A DNA stretch of 64,000 nucleotides from assembly GCF_003334335.1 (NCBI RefSeq), contig NZ_QOWQ01000003.1. The stretch is one strand, 5' to 3'. The translations under genes were made by a program, and so were the position numbers. The notes under the pieces were generated by a model. The model searched no databases. It had not been told where the DNA came from and saw only the letters and a program-made list of their open reading frames with translations. Positions 56,873 to 64,000 of the stretch are shown here, one piece after another (the first letter of the stretch is position 1; every line of letters starts with the position of its first letter). Source of the stretch: Escherichia coli (GTDB lineage Bacteria > Pseudomonadota > Gammaproteobacteria > Enterobacterales > Enterobacteriaceae).

Positions 56873-57162
56873 GCCAGAACGCTACGGTTAACGTCGACAT
56901 CAAATTAGGCGTCAATAAATTCCATGTTGATGAGGGCCACCCGCATATCATTCTGGCGGAAAATCCCGATATCAATGAATTCCATAAATTAATGAAAGCC
57001 TGCCCTGCCGGACTTTATAAGCAGGATGACGCAGGAAACATTCATTTTGATTCCGCCGGTTGTCTGGAGTGCGGCACCTGTCGGGTGCTGTGCGGTAACA
57101 CTATTCTCGAACAGTGGCAATATCCCGCAGGCACCTTCGGTATTGATTTTCGCTACGGCTAA
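56869..57162 (+). CDS. ydiT: Ferredoxin-like protein YdiT (FixX-like)
   Basis: ORF track 97 aa; Cys motif CxxCxxC; 4-bp overlap with ydiS. Confidence 0.87.
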   Translation: MSQNATVNVDIKLGVNKFHVDEGHPHIILAENPDINEFHKLMKACPAGLYKQDDAGNIHFDSAGCLECGTCRVLCGNTILEQWQYPAGTFGIDFRYG

Positions 57163-57218
57163 TCATGCATCCCACAGGCCCGCATCTCGGGCCTGATGTT
57201 CTGTTTCGAGAGTCCAAC

Positions 57219-58865
57219 ATGAAAGTGACATTAACGTTTAACGAACAACGTCGTGCGGCGTATCGTCAGCAAGGGTTATGGGGCGATGCTTCGCTGGCCG
57301 ATTACTGGCAGCAGACCGCTCGTGCGATGCCAGACAAAATTGCCGTGGTCGATAATCATGGTGCATCGTACACCTATAGCGCGCTCGATCACGCCGCGAG
57401 CTGTCTGGCAAACTGGATGTTAGCGAAGGGTATTGAATCAGGCGATCGCATCGCATTTCAACTGCCTGGCTGGTGTGAATTTACCGTTATCTATCTTGCC
57501 TGCCTGAAAATCGGTGCAGTTTCCGTGCCGCTGTTGCCTTCCTGGCGGGAAGCAGAACTGGTGTGGGTGCTCAATAAGTGTCAGGCAAAAATGTTCTTTG
57601 CACCGACGTTGTTTAAACAAACGCGTCCGGTAGATTTAATCCTGCCGCTGCAAAATCAGCTTCCACAACTACAACAAATTGTCGGCGTGGACAAACTGGC
57701 TCCCGCCACCTCTTCCCTCTCATTAAGTCAGATTATCGCCGACAATACCTCACTGACCACGGCGATAACGACCCACGGCGATGAATTAGCTGCGGTGCTG
57801 TTTACCTCCGGAACCGAGGGTCTGCCAAAGGGCGTGATGCTAACGCATAACAATATTCTCGCCAGTGAGCGGGCTTATTGCGCGCGACTGAATCTGACCT
57901 GGCAGGATGTCTTTATGATGCCTGCGCCACTTGGTCACGCAACGGGCTTTCTGCATGGCGTAACGGCACCATTCTTAATTGGCGCTCGCAGCGTGTTGTT
58001 AGATATTTTCACTCCTGATGCGTGTCTCGCGCTGCTTGAGCAGCAGCGTTGCACCTGTATGCTCGGCGCAACGCCGTTTGTCTATGATCTTTTGAATGTA
58101 CTAGAGAAACAACCCGCGGACCTTTCAGCGCTGCGTTTCTTTCTTTGCGGCGGAACCACAATCCCCAAAAAAGTGGCGCGTGAATGCCAGCAGCGCGGCA
58201 TTAAATTATTAAGTGTTTATGGTTCCACAGAAAGTTCGCCGCATGCGGTGGTGAATCTCGATGATCCTTTGTCGCGCTTTATGCACACCGATGGTTACGC
58301 TGCCGCAGGTGTAGAGATTAAAGTGGTCGATGACGCACGCAAGACCTTACCGCCAGGTTGCGAAGGTGAAGAAGCCTCGCGTGGCCCCAATGTGTTTATG
58401 GGGTATTTTGATGAACCTGAATTAACCGCCCGTGCCCTGGATGAAGAAGGCTGGTATTACAGCGGCGATCTCTGCCGTATGGATGAGGCTGGCTATATAA
58501 AAATTACCGGACGCAAAAAAGATATTATTGTCCGCGGCGGCGAAAATATTAGCAGCCGTGAAGTGGAAGATATTTTATTGCAGCATCCTAAAATTCACGA
58601 TGCCTGTGTGGTTGCAATGTCCGATGAACGTTTAGGTGAACGATCATGCGCTTATGTCGTGCTGAAAGCGCCGCATCATTCATTATCGCTGGAAGAGGTA
58701 GTGGCTTTTTTTAGCCGTAAACGGGTCGCAAAATATAAATATCCTGAACATATCGTGGTAATCGAAAAACTACCGCGAACTACCTCAGGTAAAATACAAA
58801 AGTTTTTGTTAAGAAAAGATATTATGCGGCGTTTAACGCAGGATGTCTGTGAAGAGATTGAATAA
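57219..58865 (+). CDS. fadK: Short/medium-chain acyl-CoA synthetase FadK (YdiD)
   Basis: Start at MKVTLTFNEQ (SD GAGAG); AMP-binding motif TSGTEGLPKG; ORF track extends 18 codons upstream. Confidence 0.88.
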   Translation: MKVTLTFNEQRRAAYRQQGLWGDASLADYWQQTARAMPDKIAVVDNHGASYTYSALDHAASCLANWMLAKGIESGDRIAFQLPGWCEFTVIYLACLKIGAVSVPLLPSWREAELVWVLNKCQAKMFFAPTLFKQTRPVDLILPLQNQLPQLQQIVGVDKLAPATSSLSLSQIIADNTSLTTAITTHGDELAAVLFTSGTEGLPKGVMLTHNNILASERAYCARLNLTWQDVFMMPAPLGHATGFLHGVTAPFLIGARSVLLDIFTPDACLALLEQQRCTCMLGATPFVYDLLNVLEKQPADLSALRFFLCGGTTIPKKVARECQQRGIKLLSVYGSTESSPHAVVNLDDPLSRFMHTDGYAAAGVEIKVVDDARKTLPPGCEGEEASRGPNVFMGYFDEPELTARALDEEGWYYSGDLCRMDEAGYIKITGRKKDIIVRGGENISSREVEDILLQHPKIHDACVVAMSDERLGERSCAYVVLKAPHHSLSLEEVVAFFSRKRVAKYKYPEHIVVIEKLPRTTSGKIQKFLLRKDIMRRLTQDVCEEIE

Positions 58866-58875
58866 GTTTCATCTT

Positions 58876-58915
58876 CGGGGATCACATAACCCCGGCGACT
58901 AAACGCCGCCGGGGA
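58876..58915. terminator. GC-rich hairpins between convergent fadK and ppsA
   Basis: CGGGG-N9-CCCCG and CCCCGG...CCGGGG repeats between the two stops. Confidence 0.45.
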
Positions 58916-58921
58916 TTTATT

Positions 58922-61300
58922 TTATTTCTTCAGTTCAGCCAGGCTTAACCAGGTTTGCACCACGGTGTCCGGGTTCAGAGACAGGCTATCGATCCCCTCT
59001 TCCATCAACCATGCGGCAAAGTCTTCGTGGTCGGACGGACCCTGACCGCAAATCCCGACATATTTGCCCTGTTTCTTCGCGGCACGGATAGCCATCGACA
59101 GCAGTGCTTTCACCGCATCGTTGCGCTCATCGAACAATTCAGACACCACGCCGGAGTCACGGTCCAGACCGAGCGCCAGCTGCGTCATATCGTTTGAGCC
59201 AATTGAGAAGCCGTCGAAATATTCGAGGAACTGCTCGGCCAGCAAGGCGTTGGACGGGATTTCACACATCATGATGATTTTCAGCCCGTTCTCGCCACGT
59301 TTCAGCCCCTGACGCGCCAGTTCTTCAACCACCGCTTTCGCCTGATCTACGGTACGCACGAACGGGATCATGATCTCAACGTTGGTCAGTCCCATGTCGT
59401 TGCGCACACGTTTCACTGCTTCACACTCCAGCGCGAAACAGTCGCGGAAGCTGTCGGAAACATAGCGGCCCGCGCCACGGAAGCCGAGCATCGGGTTCTC
59501 TTCATCTGGCTCGTAACGCTCACCACCGACCAGGTTGGCATATTCGTTCGATTTAAAATCAGAGAGACGGACAATGACGCGCTTCGGATAAAACGCGGCA
59601 CCCAGCGTCGCGATCCCTTCAGTCAGACGACCAACGTAAAATTCACGCGGAGAATCAAAACCTTTCATCATCTCGCGGATTTCGTTTTGCAACTGCGGTT
59701 CCTGATCGTCAAACTCAAGCAGTGCGCGTGGGTGGACGCCAATCATACGGTTGATGATAAATTCCAGACGCGCAAGGCCCACGCCTTCGTTCGGTAGGCA
59801 GGCGAAGTCGAAAGCACGGTCCGGGTTACCGACGTTCATCATCACTTTCAACGGCAGATCCGGCATCGTTTCTACGCTGGAGCTTTTCACGCTAAATTCC
59901 AGCAACTCCGCATAGACGTAACCGGTATCACCTTCGGCACAAGAAACAGTGACGTTCTCACCGTCTTTCATCCGTTCTGTTGCATCTCCACAGCCCACTA
60001 CCGCCGGAATGCCCAGTTCACGAGCGATGATCGCCGCGTGACAGGTACGACCGCCACGGTTGGTGACGATGGCAGATGCTTTCTTCATGATCGGTTCCCA
60101 GTCCGGGTCGGTCATGTCAGTAACCAGCACGTCGCCAGGTTCGATGCGGTTCATTTCGCTGATGTCATGGATGACTTTCACCGGACCCGCACCGATGCGA
60201 TGACCGATAGCACGGCCTTCGGCGATAATCTTACCCTGTGAATGCAGCGTATAACGCTCCATGACCTGACCGCGTGAGCGCACGGTTTCCGGACGCGCCT
60301 GCACAATGAACAGTTTACCGGTGTGGCCATCTTTCGCCCACTCAATATCCATCGGGCGACCGTAGTGTTTCTCAATTTGTACGGCCTGTTTTGCCAGTTC
60401 CTGCACTTCTTCGTTGGTCAGCGAGAAGATGTCACGCTGTTCCTGCGGTACGTCTTCGATTTTAACCTGCTTGCCGTGCTCCTGGGTCGGCGCGTAAACC
60501 ATGCGGATTTTTTTCGACCCCATGGTGCGGCGCACGATAGCCGGGCGATTCGCCGCCAGTGTCGGTTTATGCACGTAAAACTCATCCGGGTTAACCGCAC
60601 CCTGCACGACCATCTCACCAAGGCCCCATGCGGAAGTGATAAACACCACCTGGTCAAAGCCGGATTCGGTATCAATGGAGAACATCACGCCAGATGATGC
60701 GAGGTCAGAGCGCACCATCCGTTGAACACCGGCGGAGAGCGCCACACCACGGTGATCGTAACCCTGGTGCACACGATAAGAGATGGCGCGATCGTTAAAC
60801 AGAGAAGCAAATACATGTTTCACTGCCACGAGAACGGCGTCAAAACCCTGAACGTTGAGGAAGGTTTCCTGCTGACCGGCAAAAGAAGCGTCCGGCATAT
60901 CTTCTGCGGTGGCGGAGGAGCGCACCGCAAAAGAGGCGTTTTCGTCATCGGCGGAAAGCTGTGCATAGGCTTCGCGGATGGCGTTTTCCAGCTCAGGCTG
61001 GAAGGGAGTGTCGATAATCCACTGGCGGATTTGCGCGCCCGCTTTCGCAAGCTGAGTAACATCGTCAATATCCGTTTTATCCAGCAGTTCATAAATGCGC
61101 TGGTTTACGCCGCTTTGGTCCAGAAACTGGTTAAACGCGTCGGCGGTTGTGGCGAAACCATTCGGAACGGAAACACCCATTCCGGAAAGATTAGTAATCA
61201 TTTCACCCAGGGAGGCATTTTTGCCCCCAACCCTGTCTACATCATTCATGCCGAGTTGGTTATACCAAAGCACCAGCGGTGACGAGCCATTGTTGGACAT
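58922..61300 (-). CDS. ppsA: Phosphoenolpyruvate synthase
   Basis: ORF track 792 aa; PEP-utilising enzyme motifs; recognised PpsA. Confidence 0.95.
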   Translation of the reverse strand: MSNNGSSPLVLWYNQLGMNDVDRVGGKNASLGEMITNLSGMGVSVPNGFATTADAFNQFLDQSGVNQRIYELLDKTDIDDVTQLAKAGAQIRQWIIDTPFQPELENAIREAYAQLSADDENASFAVRSSATAEDMPDASFAGQQETFLNVQGFDAVLVAVKHVFASLFNDRAISYRVHQGYDHRGVALSAGVQRMVRSDLASSGVMFSIDTESGFDQVVFITSAWGLGEMVVQGAVNPDEFYVHKPTLAANRPAIVRRTMGSKKIRMVYAPTQEHGKQVKIEDVPQEQRDIFSLTNEEVQELAKQAVQIEKHYGRPMDIEWAKDGHTGKLFIVQARPETVRSRGQVMERYTLHSQGKIIAEGRAIGHRIGAGPVKVIHDISEMNRIEPGDVLVTDMTDPDWEPIMKKASAIVTNRGGRTCHAAIIARELGIPAVVGCGDATERMKDGENVTVSCAEGDTGYVYAELLEFSVKSSSVETMPDLPLKVMMNVGNPDRAFDFACLPNEGVGLARLEFIINRMIGVHPRALLEFDDQEPQLQNEIREMMKGFDSPREFYVGRLTEGIATLGAAFYPKRVIVRLSDFKSNEYANLVGGERYEPDEENPMLGFRGAGRYVSDSFRDCFALECEAVKRVRNDMGLTNVEIMIPFVRTVDQAKAVVEELARQGLKRGENGLKIIMMCEIPSNALLAEQFLEYFDGFSIGSNDMTQLALGLDRDSGVVSELFDERNDAVKALLSMAIRAAKKQGKYVGICGQGPSDHEDFAAWLMEEGIDSLSLNPDTVVQTWLSLAELKK

Positions 61301-61385
61301 CGAACAATCCTTTTGTGATAAATGAACGGTTTGAGAAACACATTTCTGCGCATTTATCTTTGCATATTTAACCGGATGAAAAAAA

Positions 61386-61401
61386 CGGTGAATCGTTCAA
61401 G
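61386..61401. promoter_or_regulatory. Cra-box-like site upstream of ppsA
   Basis: GGTGAATCGTTCAAGC about 90 bp upstream of ppsA ATG; ppsA is a known Cra-activated gene. Confidence 0.4.
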
Positions 61402-61632
61402 CAAATATATTTTTTTACTTTTTAAGACTGATCCCAGCGTTGCGCAAATCTGCTCTCTTCGACAATTTCCACATAAACCATCGGTATAAACGAAACCATA
61501 AAAATGAAATGCTGTTTTCATAAAAAATAAAATTGAAGGTTCATTTTATAAACCAGACATAACGTTCTACGCTTCTGTGCGTTTTTAATTTATGCTTTCA
61601 TAGAATTATGTCTGCATCACGGGAAGAACAAA

Positions 61633-62466
61633 ATGGATAATGCTGTTGATCGCCACGTTTTTTATATTTCTGATGGTACGGCAATAACTGCGGAGGTATT
61701 AGGACACGCAGTAATGTCACAATTTCCCGTCACTATCAGCAGCATCACGCTGCCGTTTGTCGAAAATGAGAGCCGTGCACGGGCAGTGAAGGATCAGATT
61801 GACGCAATTTATCACCAGACAGGCGTGCGCCCGCTGGTCTTCTACTCCATCGTGTTGCCGGAGATTCGCGCCATCATCTTGCAAAGTGAAGGCTTTTGCC
61901 AGGATATCGTTCAGGCGCTGGTTGCCCCGCTACAACAAGAGATGAAACTGGATCCAACGCCGATTGCTCATCGTACCCATGGCCTTAACCCTAATAATCT
62001 CAATAAATATGATGCGCGCATTGCGGCGATTGATTACACCCTCGCCCACGATGACGGCATTTCGTTGCGCAATCTGGACCAGGCTCAGGTGATCCTGCTC
62101 GGTGTTTCTCGCTGTGGTAAAACCCCCACCAGTCTGTATCTGGCAATGCAGTTTGGTATCCGCGCGGCAAACTACCCCTTTATTGCCGACGATATGGATA
62201 ATCTGGTGCTACCCGCGTCGCTCAAACCGCTTCAGCATAAATTGTTCGGCCTGACTATCGACCCGGAACGTCTGGCGGCGATTCGCGAGGAACGTCGGGA
62301 GAACAGTCGCTATGCCTCGCTTCGTCAGTGCAGGATGGAAGTCGCGGAAGTGGAAGCCTTGTACCGTAAAAATCAGATCCCGTGGATTAACAGTACCAAT
62401 TATTCGGTAGAAGAGATTGCCACCAAGATCCTCGATATCATGGGCCTTAGTCGCCGAATGTACTAG
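61633..62466 (+). CDS. ppsR: PEP synthase regulatory kinase/phosphorylase PpsR (YdiA)
   Basis: ORF track 277 aa; P-loop GVSRCGKT; divergent from ppsA. Confidence 0.92.
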
Positions 62467-62477
62467 AGAACTAGTGC
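62460..62477. promoter_or_regulatory. TrpR operator of aroH promoter
   Basis: GTACTAGAGAACTAGTGC matches Trp repressor operator consensus; overlaps the ppsR stop codon. Confidence 0.6.
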
Positions 62478-62622
62478 ATTAGCTTATTTTTTTGTTATCA
62501 TGCTAACCACCCGGCGAGGTGTGACACACCTCGCACTTGAAATCAGCAGCGATTGGTTTATCGTGATGCGCATCACTTCCCGGCAGTCCTGCCGTAGAAG
62601 CAACAAATTTCTGAGACTTGTA

Positions 62623-63669
62623 ATGAACAGAACTGACGAACTCCGTACTGCGCGTATTGAGAGCCTGGTAACGCCCGCCGAACTCGCGCTACGGTATCCC
62701 GTAACGCCTGGCGTCGCCACCCATGTCACCGACTCCCGCCGCAGAATTGAAAAAATACTGAATGGTGAAGATAAGCGACTGTTGGTCATTATTGGCCCCT
62801 GCTCGATCCACGATCTCACCGCTGCAATGGAGTACGCCACCCGTCTGCAGTCGCTGCGCAACCAGTACCAGTCACGGCTGGAAATCGTAATGCGCACCTA
62901 TTTTGAAAAACCACGAACTGTTGTCGGCTGGAAAGGACTAATCTCCGATCCAGATTTAAACGGCAGCTATCGGGTAAATCACGGTCTGGAGCTGGCGCGC
63001 AAATTACTTTTACAGGTAAATGAGCTGGGCGTCCCAACCGCGACCGAGTTCCTCGATATGGTGACCGGTCAGTTTATTGCTGATTTAATCAGTTGGGGCG
63101 CGATTGGCGCACGTACTACCGAAAGTCAGATCCACCGCGAAATGGCTTCGGCACTCTCCTGTCCGGTAGGTTTTAAAAATGGTACCGATGGCAATACGCG
63201 GATTGCTGTGGATGCTATCCGCGCAGCCCGCGCCAGCCATATGTTCCTCTCGCCAGACAAAAATGGTCAGATGACCATCTATCAGACCAGCGGCAACCCG
63301 TATGGCCACATTATTATGCGTGGCGGCAAAAAACCGAATTATCATGCCGATGATATCGCCGCAGCCTGCGATACGCTGCACGAGTTTGATTTACCTGAAC
63401 ATCTGGTGGTGGATTTCAGCCACGGTAACTGCCAGAAGCAGCACCGTCGCCAGTTAGAAGTTTGTGAGGATATTTGTCAGCAAATCCGCAATGGCTCTAC
63501 GGCGATTGCTGGAATTATGGCGGAAAGTTTCCTGCGCGAAGGAACGCAAAAAATCGTCGGCAGTCAGCCGCTCACTTACGGTCAATCCATTACCGACCCG
63601 TGTCTGGGCTGGGAGGATACCGAACGCCTGGTCGAAAAACTCGCCTCTGCGGTAGATACCCGCTTCTGA
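62623..63669 (+). CDS. aroH: Trp-sensitive DAHP synthase
   Basis: Start at MNRTDELRT (348 aa); ORF track extends 41 codons upstream across the operator, which is implausible. Confidence 0.93.
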   Translation: MNRTDELRTARIESLVTPAELALRYPVTPGVATHVTDSRRRIEKILNGEDKRLLVIIGPCSIHDLTAAMEYATRLQSLRNQYQSRLEIVMRTYFEKPRTVVGWKGLISDPDLNGSYRVNHGLELARKLLLQVNELGVPTATEFLDMVTGQFIADLISWGAIGARTTESQIHREMASALSCPVGFKNGTDGNTRIAVDAIRAARASHMFLSPDKNGQMTIYQTSGNPYGHIIMRGGKKPNYHADDIAAACDTLHEFDLPEHLVVDFSHGNCQKQHRRQLEVCEDICQQIRNGSTAIAGIMAESFLREGTQKIVGSQPLTYGQSITDPCLGWEDTERLVEKLASAVDTRF

Positions 63670-63674
63670 ATGCG

Positions 63675-63703
63675 TGCCCATTCCTGACGGAATGGGCATT
63701 TCT
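63675..63703 (+). terminator. Rho-independent terminator after aroH
   Basis: TGCCCATTC-CTGACG-GAATGGGCA followed by TTTCTG. Confidence 0.55.
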
Positions 63704-63800
63704 GCGCAACTTGTTGTCTTCTCAACAAATTACTGCTTGCTCTGGTCAGCCATAATATTGATAATAAGAATCATTGTTATATCAATTATTATTAATTTTT

Positions 63801-63992
63801 ATGCGTTATACGGATAGCAGAAAACTCACGCCTGAAACGGATGCCAATCACAAGACCGCTTCCCCGCAGCCTATTCGGCGAATTTCCAGCCAGACACTGT
63901 TAGGTCCGGATGGCAAACTGATTATCGATCATGACGGGCAAGAATATCTGCTCCGTAAAACTCAGGCTGGCAAGCTGCTGTTGACCAAGTAG
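63801..63992 (+). CDS. ydiE: HemP-like small protein YdiE
   Basis: Start at MRYTDS (63 aa); ORF track starts 9 codons earlier. Confidence 0.75.
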
Positions 63993-64000
63993 CCTTTAAC

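Overview
This 64 kb window is collinear, gene for gene, with the Escherichia coli K-12 chromosome segment from ydhL/nemR to ydiE; I identified it from the translated proteins, not from a database search. It holds about 60 protein-coding genes, two tandem tRNA-Val genes, the sRNA rprA (and probably rydB), a REP cluster, and several recognisable operators (NemR, PurR, FNR, Cra, Fur, TrpR). I found no mobile element, prophage, CRISPR array, toxin-antitoxin or defence island, and no insertion relative to the expected gene order, so I see no evidence for a novel, undescribed system. The two observations most worth a second look are apparent inactivating lesions in otherwise intact genes: a 1-nt frame break in the small membrane-protein gene ynhF, and an in-frame TAA at codon 22 of the ferredoxin-like gene ydhY. 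Both need checking against the reference and raw reads. Secondary points are the poorly characterised anaerobic clusters ydhYVWXUT and ydiF/ydiO/ydiQRST-fadK, and a run of about 15 nonapeptide repeats in YdhT. Protein lengths quoted as matching K-12 are from memory.
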